DNA from: Azolla caroliniana
Taxonomy: Eukaryota; Plantae; Polypodiophyta
DNA length: 64,000 nucleotides
Direction: 5' to 3'
NCBI GenBank assembly: GCA_043228905.1
Contig: JBHGNT010000002.1
Coordinates: 9,610,001 to 9,674,000, forward strand
Position 1 is the stretch's first letter; each line of letters opens with the position of its first letter. This document shows positions 1 through 12,263 of the stretch, piece by piece. The notes under the pieces are model-generated. The model saw nothing but the letters and a program-made list of their open reading frames with translations. It had not been told where the DNA came from and did not search any database. The translations under genes were made by a program, and so were the position numbers.

Positions 1-28
1 CCTTAACCCTAAAATGTACATCACCTTT

Positions 29-39
29 TGGCGACCACT
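29..39 (+). promoter_or_regulatory. Primer-binding site TGGCGACCACT (tRNA-Arg-like)
   Basis: TGG-initiated motif 5 nt after the LTR end. TGGCGAC-type PBSs are typical of Tat/Ogre elements. Confidence 0.6.
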
Positions 40-2365
40 AAGGCGACCCCCCTTTGGAGACGGAGTCGAAGAATAGTACGCAATGAACAATGATGCAACC
101 CTCATTAGCGCGAGAAGTCGAATCGACGATGTGCGAGAACTGGTGGAAATATGAGAACGAACAATGGTGTGATGACTATTCGCTGCAGAAGTATACAAGA
201 AAAGCGACAAATGATGGCAATGATGTGCAGTAGAAGTTGGAAATGGAAGATTGACTGATGGACAATTCTACAACGAATTAATCTCTATATGTGTATGTTT
301 TGTTTGGTCTGTTTTTGTCCTAAATGTCCGAGACATGTTGCCAAAGATGTACAAAAACGATGACAATGCATGAGAGGAAGTCGTGAAATGATGGCGTTAC
401 GTGAGTGTGCGAGAATAGAAATGACAATGTGCAAATGTGCGGTTAGCAATGACGTGTGTGTGCAAGAAAGCGTGCTGCAAGAGACAACCATGATGGCCAA
501 AACAACCGACAACAGGATGGAGATGCCGGAAAGATGCTGCTAGACAGGCAATCAGAATAACTAGAATGGACAGACATGCCAGACAAGGCGACGGATGACG
601 GCCAGAATAGCAACGGTGTTCGGAAGGTTGCAGAGGCAAACAAAAAGACATAGCAGAATGGACTGTTGGAAAATGGACCGGAACGATCCGGGACAAGACG
701 GTTTGATGGCTAGAAAAGCGACATCGATAGAGGAAACGACCGGAGACGACCAGAGATGGAGTCCGCCATACAGCCAGCCAGACGGGCCGAACAGTCGGAA
801 CGGTGACGGAGCCGGGACGACGATCAAATGGCGGTGGCCACATACCAACGGCTAAAGTGGTGGCGGACCAGCAACGGCCAGGTCGGACAGAGACAACCGA
901 ATGTGTCGGACGATGGAGATAGCCGGACCGACGACCGGACATCAGCGGAATAGTAACCGGAGAAGCGGCCGGACGAGCCAAACGGACAGTAGCTGACGGC
1001 CGGAAGGAACGGTGGTAGCTGGAAACCCTAAACAGACAGCCAGAGTTGCCGAAACGGTGGGTTGGATGGCATCGGAGCTAGAGACAGAGATGGAGAAACG
1101 GACACAAAGATGGAGCCGGTAGACAAGGCCGGACAGAGACAAACGACACCGGCAACGTCGAACAGAGATGGACGAATGACAACGATGGAACCGGAAAAAA
1201 GAGAGAAACGGCCGGACATGGAGGCAAGGGCAGACACACAAATTGTATGGCAACTGTGCAGAGGAAGCCATTACAACTATTGCACAACGAGCGACATAGG
1301 AAAACAAGGAAGAAAGATGAAGACAAAGAAGATGCAGACAACGAATAACGACAACGACAGGAAAGAAAACAGAGAAAAGAAGAAGAGAATGAAGTAGGAA
1401 GAGAACATAGAAGAAGAAGAAGAAGAAGAAGAAGGAGAAGAAGGAGATGTAGCCGTTGATGAACAGAGAAGTAAGAGGAAGAAGTCATGGAAGAAGAGAA
1501 GGCACATAACAGAGGATGGAGAGAAATGAGAAAGGAAGAAGAAGACAAATCCGGAAGAAGAACTGCATAAGAAAACAAGAAGAAGCAGATGAAGACAGGA
1601 GAGAAAGGACGACAAGAAGAGAAGCGGGAAACGAAAGCAGAAAGAAGAAGAAAGAGATGATACACACAAGAGAGAGTGCAATAACGGACCACAACAATAA
1701 CCTAGAGATAAAGACGAAATTGAAGCAGAAGATAGGACGAGAAGAAAAATAGAGAAAGGGGCATTCGAGGAGTTTTGAAAACCTGAGGGCATCTGAAGAA
1801 TTTCAAAAAATATGATGGCATTGTCAAAATTTTAAAAAATCAAAGGGCACCTATGGAATTTCGAAAACTCATGAACCTAAAAGAAATGGACGTGATCCAC
1901 ACACAACTCACAAGATAAAAGGAAGATACACATAGCACAACGTTTTTGGACCCATGATGCTAAAGTTCGTAAGTCAACAAAACGAGAATGTTCGTGTCAC
2001 GGAAGATTCGCTGACCGACAAAGATGTTCGAGTCAAGCACTCCGATTGAGGGAGTTGATCGTTGAAAGGATTGATGGAAGTTCCGGTCGAAGAAATATCA
2101 TCATCAAGGCATGTGGGATCGACGTGCAAGGCACTATCCCACGGGCGTGCCATATTGTGTTACCTTGTACGAGATGTATGGAGAGTCAAGTGTGATGAGC
2201 GAGGGTCGAATGTTATCATGATGTTGTTGTGTATGTGTAGGGGGCATGAATGTAGTTGTGAGTCTATACGTATGTGAACACATGCACACGTGTGTGCATG
2301 TGGATGGATACGAGGAGGTGTGAGTGAGTGTCCAGTATGAATGCTCGAGGGGGCTTACACCCCTA

Positions 2366-2425
2366 TGTATCTACCCCCTCTTGTACTATTTAACCCCTTC
2401 TGGGGAATGAATAAAACATGAATAA

Positions 2426-2476
<51 letters not shown>

Positions 2477-2711
2477 CTCTCTTTGTCATCTTTCTTCTTC
2501 TCTCTCCCCTTAACGTTGAACCCCCTTGGGAGGGGGGTGGAGCCATTCTAGGCACCACCCCCCACCCCGCAATGCTTCTCAATGATTCTCAACATCTTCA
2601 TCTCAATCTCTCTCACCATCATACTCTCCACCATCTTCACTATTCCACCATTTCTATCTTCGTCATCGATAATCATCATTACCATTAACCCTAACCCTAA
2701 AACGTACAACA
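2366..2711 (+). repeat. 3' LTR of the non-autonomous element, containing (CT)n at about 2430-2481
   Basis: TG...CA boundaries after the PPT; the 3' end matches window positions 4-23. The end could be 2708 rather than 2711. Confidence 0.6.
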
Positions 2712-3659
2712 CATACTAGATTTTTTCAAATGATCTCTCTTCTAATTTTATTCTATTCAGTTGAAAGAACACCATATGACAACAATACTCTACCCCTGGT
2801 TTTGTCCTCGTCTGTTGAACTTGATGACTTTGACTCTGACAATTTGGTCACTTTCTTTTTGGGTGGTCTTGAGTGCACAAACATCTTTTTGGGTGCCACC
2901 TTTATCGGGGAGGGTGAGCGCTCTTTTAATGTGACATGACATTGTATGTATGGTTGAAGCGTTATGATTAAATTATAAGACTGCTCAATCTCTAATCTTA
3001 AAGATTCAGGACCGCATGAGTCCTTCACTAATAATTCTTCATACACAAACATCTTGCGAACTCCCTTCGAGCAATAGACTAGAAGAATTAGGTTTTGGGA
3101 CTCGGGATCTTAATAGTCCAATCTCAATATTTGGCCGTAACTGAAAGGCTTGTCCTTAGCTAGTTGTCCTTGATCTTTGACCCTAGAAATTAAGAGGACC
3201 ACCTTCTTATTTGAGTCGATATACTACATGGCCCACTCGTGTTTAGTGATATCTCTATCGGGCAAGGTTTTCCCTCCATGAGCAGCCACTATCTTCCCCT
3301 AACTCACTTCGTTTGATGGTTGCCTAACAAGGTCATCATCAAATAATAGTTTCTTCCATTTCCACATATACGTGAGAGGGGGGGACTTTGGTGGTGTGAA
3401 TAAGAGAGCTTTGATATTTTAGTTGAATTTTCTTCACAGGGCGCTCATCCTGGGGATCAATAGACAATAGACCTTATGGCATAATAAAATTGAAAGACTC
3501 AAGAAATGGGCATTAAGAGTGCTAGGAAGGGTTCATTATGTTATTTGTGCATTTAAGACCGGTCATTTAGCTAAACAAATGCAAAAATTATACATAAATC
3601 CTAAACCTAAAAAGCATTGATTTATTTGCCAAATCCTGTATTATAAGTCCCTAAAGATG

Positions 3660-3885
3660 CAAATTGGGGCAAATATGTGCCCCAACTCGATTGGTAACAT
3701 ATGTGGAGAAACGCGATACTTGGTATCCAGTTGGGGCACATATGGGTTATCGAGCTGGTACCCATATGGACAACAACTCGATACCAAGTATCGAGTTGCT
3801 CCCCGTATGGGCCCCAACTCGATACCAAGTATTGAGTTGGGGTCCATATCGAGAGCTACTCAATACTTGGTATCAAAGGCTCATA
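3660..3885. repeat. Array of short palindromic (hairpin) repeats
   Basis: CAACTCGATAC-CAA-GTATCGAGTTG and degenerate copies in both orientations, separated by CATATG-like spacers. Confidence 0.8.
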
Positions 3886-4604
3886 GAGTATGACGATGTC
3901 GTGAAGATTTTCGGCAACGATGTCAAAATTGCATGGAATGTACAAAATCAAGTGTGGTTCTTCACACACAATATGAAACAATAATAGTGAAGATACTATT
4001 TTATATTAGTTTAATATCTAACAAAAAGATGGATGTCTTCAACAGCTTCCGAATGCACTTTAATACTACATTTGAAATAGACAACTAAATGTCAAGTTAT
4101 GTGAGTGTGAAGTTTGAGAAGAAGAAGAGAAAAACAAAACTTTGAGATATCCCACATAGATAGGACAAATCAGGATCCCACATTATATAAGTAGAGCCAG
4201 AACTTATTACTTTTTGTCTATGTGTGGAGCACAGAATGTTCAAGGTGACTTGGGCCAAACTATTCGGATGGATGGATGTGGCTTAACTACTCGTAATGGT
4301 TTTGGAGAACGAGATTGGATGGACGGCGACAGAACCAAAACTGGAACCGAACCAGACAGAATGCAGATTGGATGCGGATCGAACTGGTCGGGATAGACGT
4401 GACCGGATCGGATCGGTCGGGTCGGTTGGATATGTTCATTGCAACACACAGTGTCTTGAAGATTTCTGTGTGAAACGAACAAGAAAATAAAAACAAATCG
4501 TCTATAGGTTCTGTCGGGTCATTGGAGGTCGACTGAAGGTGTAATATGCAGTTAAACATTTGTAAAATACAAGACTAAAGCCTAGTAATATTTTGTGCAT
4601 TGAA

Positions 4605-4675
4605 TGGGATGCAAGCAAGGCTTGAACCTTGCACCTCCAAGAAAGGAGGCAATTAACTTACCACTAAGCCAGGTC
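4605..4675 (-). mobile_element. tRNA-derived SINE-like head (Pol III A and B boxes)
   Basis: Minus strand: A box TGGCTTAGTGG (4661-4671) and B box GGTTCAAGCC (4619-4628) at tRNA-like spacing; no complete cloverleaf. Confidence 0.5.
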
Positions 4676-6923
4676 ATTTCTTTAAGTTATATTTTTATCA
4701 TTATATTTCTCATACATGAGAGGTTGAATGACTAACATGGTTATCATGCAACACATGCAATGCATGAGCACCAAATGGCAAACATGTATCACATGCATTT
4801 CATGCATGTCTTACACCCTCACATGCATCATATGCATGGGAGCATCTATAAAAGAGTGGATGAAAAAGAAAAACGGGGCTATGTATTAATCAAGAAATTT
4901 AAAAAAAGAAAAAGAAAAATCGTTATCCAATTGGTGATGTATTAATCTTGTTTCTCTAATATAAAGTTAAGGGTTCAATCTTAATCTCCCTCTCTCTCCA
5001 TCTCAGTCTTTCTCTCGCCATATCAATCTCTCTCAATCTCTCTTAAATAGTTTCTCGTTAAAGCTAGTACAAACTTCGAATCCTTCTGGTCTAGGACCCT
5101 GATGGTTCCACCTCACGATCCGCACATAGTGACGGATTTTCAGGACAACGTGAATACGAAGGTGTCCATACAAATTAGGGTTTCCTACCTGGAATCTGAT
5201 CAGGACATCTTCTTGGACAACATGGCTACGGGTTGTCTGCGTGTTGTTGTTGTGGTAGTTGTGGATGCTGTGTGCTATCTATCTGTTGCGTGGTCACTAC
5301 GGTGGTGGTCACTCGACGGTGAAACTACGCTATGGTGGTGGTCACTCTCGTCTCTCTTTCTTGTGTTCTATCATGCTCTCCTCTCTCGTGTTCTCTTTCA
5401 CGCTCTATGGGGAAAAAAGAAAAAGCACGGCTATATACGACACAAAAAATTAGGAGAGGTTAGTTAAAAATTGACTATAGTTAGTTATATAGTTAGTTAG
5501 TTAGATAGTTTGTTGACCACTAGGTTAGTTACATAGTTACATACATACTTATATAGCTATAAGTAGATATAGTTATAATTACATAGTTACATACTTAATT
5601 ATATACTTATAATTACATATAGTTATAATGTAAATATATATATATATATGATTATATATATTTAATATGATATTTTTATAATTGTATTTTTAAATTTATA
5701 GGTTTGTGTAGTGCTCACTTATATTGTACAAGAGCACCTCATTTGAACAACAGTGAATCGTTTGAGAGGATCTTTCGAGTTTGAGAGAATGAACCATAAC
5801 TCACCATTTTCAATGTATGTGTAGAAGAGATCCAAATGGCAAGCCCTATGCATTTTAGGAGGGTTACACATCGAAACAACCGAGATAGGTTTGCCCTTTG
5901 ACATTAGAGAACCAACTCAGTGTAGATGTTGACAAAGATTGTTGTGCACGTGGGTGCATGTTTGCTATTGGAAAGGATAAGTTGCGGTCATTAAGGCGAT
6001 ACTATTTCTCACTCATTGGTGATGAGCAAGACACTTATCTTATGATACACATGCAGATGGTGAAAGACATATTGTCGGATATCAAGATCTCATTTGAGTA
6101 TTATATCTTCTATGGACTACAATGTTATAGAGTTGCATTCAAGATTTCGTTATGTGTTTGCAACTTGAGATTACATCGAGTGCAACAACGAGTTCTCAAT
6201 GGTGATCTTAGTATCGATCGAGGTGATATTCCAAGTATGAAGAGTGCATCCGGAAGAAATGAAATCAGTTGGATGAAGAACTACTTCAACCTTAACTGTG
6301 AAGTAATGCAAAATACCGGTAGGTTGCATCTTTTAGATAATTACACACGACGAGAAGTGTATGATGCCTACAGATCAGATATGTTAATGTCAAGTGATAA
6401 ATATGTCACCTACAGTTAGTTCACAAGATTATGGTCAACACGATTCACTTATGTTGTCATACCTATGAAAGTACGCATGGGGTATTGTTCTATTTGTGCA
6501 AACCTGAAGAGCTTGACTAAAGGTGCCAAAACAACAAAGCAGAAGGACATCAATAAACATTTGTTACAGGACCATCAAGAAGCGCAAGCATTGGAGTGGA
6601 AAAAAATGATGCACCATAGAGAGAAGTCGTCGAGCAAACCAGAGCAATATATGTGTCTAATGATTAATAGTGTGGACCAGAAGAAGATGTGTCTACCTCA
6701 GTTTAGGAGGCTTCCGAAAGACGTCAACGACGAATGTCTCGTTCAGATGCACTTGGTGGATTGTTTGGCTTATAATGGGACAGTTAAACCTCACGTCTTC
6801 ATTACTTACCCGAATGTCCACAACGACCCCAACCTAACACTTACTATGATTCAAAGGGTTCTAATGAATTGGGGGCACCCATTTCCCCATGTTCTCTACA
6901 TTCAATTGGACAACATTGCTAGG

Positions 6924-7821
6924 TGACGGGAACCCAATGCTTCTTATGCACAACGCTCGGCCACAACCGAGATTCTTTTCATACACAGGAAACAAGAAAC
7001 GAAAACACACGACACAAAGGAGAGAAAAGGGTACACAGAATGTTTACGTGGAAAACCCAAAAAAGGGGAAAAACCATGGCAGCCCACAGGCTGCAAACTA
7101 TCACTAAGTTGGACTGTACAAAACAGTGAGTTCATGAAGGCAACAACCTCATGCTCACGATCTTCGCCACAGGCGGCGGTTACAACAGAGGCAACGACCT
7201 CTTTCTCTCTCTCTCTCTGTACACTGTTACGTGCTCTCTCTTCTTCTTGCACCAACAAGAAAAATGACAACCACAACTAAAAGTTTGCCCTAAGTCATAT
7301 TTATAATAATATGACTTTTCGGCTATTTACAAATATAGCCTCGATGGGCTCTCAGAAACATATTTATGGTTCACACCGGGCCTGCACCATCCGGCTCTCC
7401 GTAGCCGGATACTGCTCATCCGGTTCACACCGGGCTTGTATCATCTGGCTCTCCGTAGCCGGGTACTCCTCATCCGGTTCACACCGGGCCTGTATCATCC
7501 GGCTCTCCGTAGCCGGGTACTCCTCATCCGGTCTTCACCGGGACTGTATCATCTAGCTCTCCGTAGCCGGGTACTCCTCATCCGGTCTTCACCGGGACTG
7601 TATCATCCGGCTCTCCGTAGCTGGGTACTCCTCATCCAGTCCTCACCGAGTCTGTATCATCCGGCTCTCCGTAGCCGGGTACTCCTCATCCGGTCCTCAC
7701 CGGGTCTGTATCATCCGGCTCTCCGTAGCCGGGTACTCCTCATACCGTTTTGGCCTCGGCCGAGTTTGTTCGTCGGCACTGTTCTTCTCCCTTCCCATCC
7801 GGAGGGACCTGTCTCCCAACA
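6924..7821 (-). mobile_element. Solo LTR related to the Tork-like Copia family, TSD CTAGG
   Basis: TG...CA ends; CTAGG at 6919-6923 and 7822-7826. The minus-strand start TGTTGGGAGACAGGTCCCTCCGGATGGGA resembles the LTR at 18349. Removing it restores QLDNIAR-ENKN. Confidence 0.92.
7370..7745. repeat. 54-bp tandem array (about 7 units) in the LTR U3
   Basis: Unit CCGGCTCTCCGTAGCCGGGTACTCCTCATCCGGT...TGTATCAT; CCGTAG recurs at 7561 and 7615. Confidence 0.9.
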
Positions 7822-9308
7822 CTAGGGAGAACAAGAATTCAACTATCTTTGGTTATTTGAGCATGTTGGTGGAACATGAAGTGTTTAGGAAAGTTAAAGT
7901 TAATTTCCTTCTGGTTGGTCATACGCATGACCATATTGGTCAGATGTTCAGTACATTCTCTAGACAATTGTCTTGATATGATGGTTTCACATTACTGAAG
8001 TTATTTGACGTCATTTGTGATGCATATATGCCATGTCTGAATATGCTCCACTTAAAGGCGATATATTACTTTAAGAGATACATAACAGATGTTGGGAAGG
8101 AGAATGTGAAAATGTTAGTCCATTGATAAAAGGAAGCACATTGATAATGCCTTACAGGACAAAAGGACAAAATGAAGCACATTGATAATGCAAAGAAGTA
8201 TGCTGAACCACAAGATACCTCATGGTGGGACATGTTTTTTAGTGATCAATAAGGAATTATTGATAATTCCTTCATTGGCCCTTGCAAATACCATTTACGT
8301 GGTCGTTGCGTGACACGCCTAATTCTCAAACGCCACCTCATGCACCTAATGCTTGACAACTTGCTCCATCCACAAGAGAGAGACATTTATGTGGGATCGA
8401 GGATGACAAGCTAAAGCTCGTTGTCAAGGAAACACGCAAGAAATAAAAGTTGGAATGTTAATTGCCACACCTGCGGATGATAACGACCTAGGGCAACAAT
8501 TCTAGATTGGTAAAGTATTGGACGTGGTGATGCATGAAACGAAAATCTAATAAAGTCTACAAAGGTGCAATGGTAAAACACTAGAAACAAGAATGCATTT
8601 ACAAGCAAGTATACATTGGAAATGATGGAATGCCCAACGTCAAGAGGAAATAGAAAGCAGAAAAGAAATATTCGTAACACATCGACCCTTGACATGCAAG
8701 AGGTGGATATCATTGTGTACGACTTTACACTGATAAAAGCTGGACTTTTAAGGAAGTCAACAATAGACATAATAAAAGAGAAATTGCCAAGTCTAAAAGG
8801 CTGATCAAAGGCAAACCAAATCTTCTTCACATGATTTGGAGGCACAACATTTGCTTTTAGATGAAGACAATGCTTTGATTGGTACATCTCATGATGAGGA
8901 GGATAAATCACCATTGTATACTAGGCTCTATAGTAGTGGTTCTTATGAGGGGAATACCTCTTGATTGTATTTTTGGCATGAACGGTTAACAATATAAGAT
9001 TGTAAGAACTTGAATGATATAAAGCTTGTTTTTAAATCAATGGCTCATTGTGAATATTGTTTGTTATAAAAAACATGAGTTGTTAATTTTACGGTAAAAA
9101 AGGTGGTGTAAATATGTGACATTGGCCTAATTTTGTGAATTTTCAATTTTATGACATGGTGAGATTTTAAGCTTTTCCATTGAGTCTTTGAGCACATGTG
9201 ATACATGTATCACATTTTTTGTGAGATGGTTAAAAAAAACCTAAAATCTAATGGAATATTCCTTATCCTTCTAGTTGTGCGAGATCCTTCCACCTTTAAA
9301 CGTGAATG

Positions 9309-11771
9309 TGTTTGTACTCTATCTACATACAATGATGTGGGGTTATCTCCCCCCTAAGCTTAAATTAGAACATAAATTTAAACTATAATGTACGTTACAA
9401 GATAATCGGTTGGTGGCAGATTAGGCAGAGATAAAGTCGACTTGTTCTGATAGGATGGTACTCGATTCGATCTTTTGCCTCTAAGCTATTGGCTCTTCGT
9501 GCGTGTTGGTTCCCATGCTTTCCGATGGATCGTTGATTGACTTTTGATTCCTTTACACTCAGTTGCATCTTCAACGTTCGGGTTGACTGACTCCTTCGAC
9601 TTTGTCTGTCCGACTTGTCTGATTGTGCCATTCTTTGACCTACCTTCTGCTTTTCTTTCGTCTCTTCTTTGATTGCTCGCTTGTTGTAGTTCCATGTGTC
9701 CTCTTAGTGCGTTGAAGCGTTGATCAGGGAGTGGCTTTGTCAGGCTATTGGTGATGTTTACCTCGGTATGCACCTTTCGGACTTTGAGCTTCTTGTAAGT
9801 GACGAGCTCCCGGATGTGATGGTATCTCACTTGAATATGCTTCGTTTTAGCATGGTATAACGGATTCTTGATGAGGTGTATTGTGCTTTGTGAATTGCAA
9901 TAGAGGGTTGGCGCTGGATGGTCAATTCAGCATTTAGTTGAAAAATCATCCGATAGTCAGTGTAGCCAAATGGCTTCCTTGGCTGCTTCCGATGTGGCTA
10001 TGTACTCGGCCTCTGTTGTCAAGAGTGCCATGCAATCTTGTAGCTTCAACCTCCATCATATGGCGCCGCCGCCATAGGTGAAGACGTAACCTAATGTCGA
10101 TTTCCGATTTTCCGGATTGCCGGTGTAGTCAGAGTCTGTGAAGCCTTGGACTTGGGTCGGATTATCTGATCCGAAGTTAGCTACAGGTCTTCTGTGGCTC
10201 GTAGGTACCAGAATATGTTCTTTACAGCTTCCCAGTGCTTCCGTCCAGGTTTTGACATGTACCGGCTGACAACCCCTATGGTATAAGCAAGGTCTGGTCG
10301 GATCGCCACCATTGCATACATGCGACTTCCTTTGACCGATGCGTAGGATATTCTACTCATGAGCTTTCTCTCCTCTTCTATGGATGGAGAGTCTCTATCC
10401 GATAGTCGGAACGATGTCGGAAGCAGTGTTGGTGCTCGCTTCGCAGTCTCCATATTGAAGCGCTTCAACACCTTTCGGATGTAGTTGGACTGAGAGAGCT
10501 AGAGGGTCTTTGTTGTCTGATTTTGCTCTGTCTGCATGCCCAATATGTGTCGGGGTTGTCCAAGTTCCTTCATTGTAAACTTGTTGTGAAGGATCCACTT
10601 TAACTCTCTGATCTCTACTTGATTGTTCCCTGCAATGAGTATTTGTCGACGTATAGGATTAGATAGATCCGGGAATCATCAGCCAATTGCCGAGTGTACA
10701 TACATGGGTCAGAGTTGGATCAGTGGTAACCAAGTTGCCTGATGTAGGACTCAAACTTCTGGTACCACATCCTAGAAACTTGTTTTAAGCCATAAAGGCT
10801 TTTTGTCAATCGACATACAAGGTGGCTTTCCTCCCCGGTTGCCGTGATGCCTGCCAGTTGAGGCATATAGATGTCCTCTTCCAGGTCTCTATGTAGGAAT
10901 GTCGTCTTGACATCCAGCTGCTCGAGCTCTAGGTCTTCAGTCGCCATGACCCCAAGTAGAAGTTGGAGGGTGGTGATCTTGACTATTGGTGAGAATATCT
11001 CATCCTAGTCGACTCCATGTTCTTGTTTGAACCCTTTAGCGACGAGCCGAGCTTTATATTTGGGTTTCTCCGAATCAAATACATATTTGTATTTGAAGAC
11101 CCATTTGAAGGGCAACAACTTTCTTCTGGGTGGTAGTTCGACCGGCCACCATGTTTGATTCTGATGAATCGAATCCATCTCGGATTTCATGGCTTGTAGC
11201 CATGTCAGCGTTTGGCGCAACAATAGATTCCTCGTAGGAGCTCGGTTCGCCTATGTCTGTGTAATTGACATAGTCGAGGCTCGGTTGGTAGAACTCTGTT
11301 GGCCTTGAACTTGTCTAGATCTCCTAGGTGCCGATTTTGTTGGTTCACTTTCTTCAATCACCTCGGTCAGCCAATCGGTATTACTTGAACCATATTAAGG
11401 AGTCCTTTTGGATAACTCGCCCCTGCAATAGGATTTCGGCGATGTCAAATCATCCTCCGCTTCTTCCAATCAACTGACAGAGTGGCTGGTGCCTTGATCA
11501 GTTCTTTCAAACTTTTGGTATCTTGGGCTGTGTGGGTGATTTGGTCGTTTCTACTTTGTCTTTTCCACCTCTTTCCAATCTCGTAGTCAAATCAATTTCG
11601 AGTAGTGGACCTCTTGCCGATTTGGATTCAGCAGGGGGGTCGCTAGCTCAGTTGATTTTCACTATTTTTCGAATATCTGATTCAACCTGGTGGGTTGGTC
11701 CTCTATGACATCTCTATTGATTTAGAAGGAAACCTTTTTGCCGACTGTTTTAGGTTGGTTCCGTTCAAAGA
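9309..11771 (-). mobile_element. Decayed Copia (outermost host): RT/RNaseH region, PPT and possible LTR vestige
   Basis: Fragments [34 protein letters not shown] and RYHHIRE; PPT GGGGGGAGATAA near 9343-9354 (minus); many stops. Confidence 0.85.
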
Positions 11772-12263
11772 TGTTGAGCTCAACATATGGAACAATCGGC
11801 AAGCAGAGTACTCTATTGCTTTGCGTCTTGTGTGGGCGAACAACTCCTAAGCTACATTCGGGATGCAGAAACGCCGAAAGATGCTTGGGGAAATCTAAAG
11901 AATATTTTCGCTGCAAGCACTATAGCCAGGAAGCTTCAACTCCGACAAGAGCTGAGCAACCTAGGACAACACGATTCGTCGGTGGCTGATTACACCTCGA
12001 AGATCAAAGATATATGTGACTCCTTAGCCTCCATCGATGTGAACGTCGAGGAAGGCGAGATGGTGCAGATCTGTCTCGGGGGATTGGCGTCGAAGTTCGG
12101 AGCATCCTGAACTATTGTGTGTACACGGGAGAATACGCCGTCGTTTTTCAACTTACAGTCGATGCTCCTTATAGAGGAGAACCACGCGGGTGTGTCGACG
12201 AGCACGCATGCCGACAACAAGATGTTGTACACGGAGGGAGATAGGCCCCATGGTCGTGGCAGA

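Larger units (their letters stand above)
1..2711 (+). mobile_element. Non-autonomous LTR retroelement (Tat/Ogre-like PBS), 5' LTR cut by the window edge
   Basis: TAACCCTAAAATGTACATCA (ends 23) recurs as TAACCCTAAAACGTACAACA (ends 2711). TGGCGACCACT follows the first copy, and purine tract GAGGGGGC (2347-2354) precedes a TG start at 2366. No gag/pol motifs in the internal ORFs. Confidence 0.65.
5702..8950 (+). pseudogene. Sola1-like DDE transposase pseudogene, copy 1, interrupted by a solo LTR
   Basis: ORFs 5898-6419, 6465-6926 and downstream frames give CSICANLK, DQKK.CLP, QLDNIAR/ENKN and FLLVGHTHDHIGQMFS, with stops and frameshifts. Homologous to 40761-43229. Superfamily assignment is by motif recall. 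Confidence 0.7.

Noticed and set aside
1078-1792. Long hydrophobic Ser/Leu/Phe ORFs on the minus strand
   Set aside because: By-products of GAA-rich low-complexity sequence lacking stop codons.
2686-2702. Telomeric repeat (also at 3-13 and 48921-48941)
   Set aside because: Only 1-2 units; best read as telo-box-like motifs, here within an LTR end.
3660-3885. CRISPR-like repeat-spacer appearance
   Set aside because: Eukaryotic context, units in both orientations, short similar spacers, no cas genes.
4255-4535. ACCGA/TCGG-rich segment resembling a MITE or Helitron end
   Set aside because: No TIR, TSD or terminal hairpin could be defined.
5460-5700. TAGT/TA-rich low-complexity tract
   Set aside because: Ordinary degenerate microsatellite, probably intronic to the Sola-like gene.
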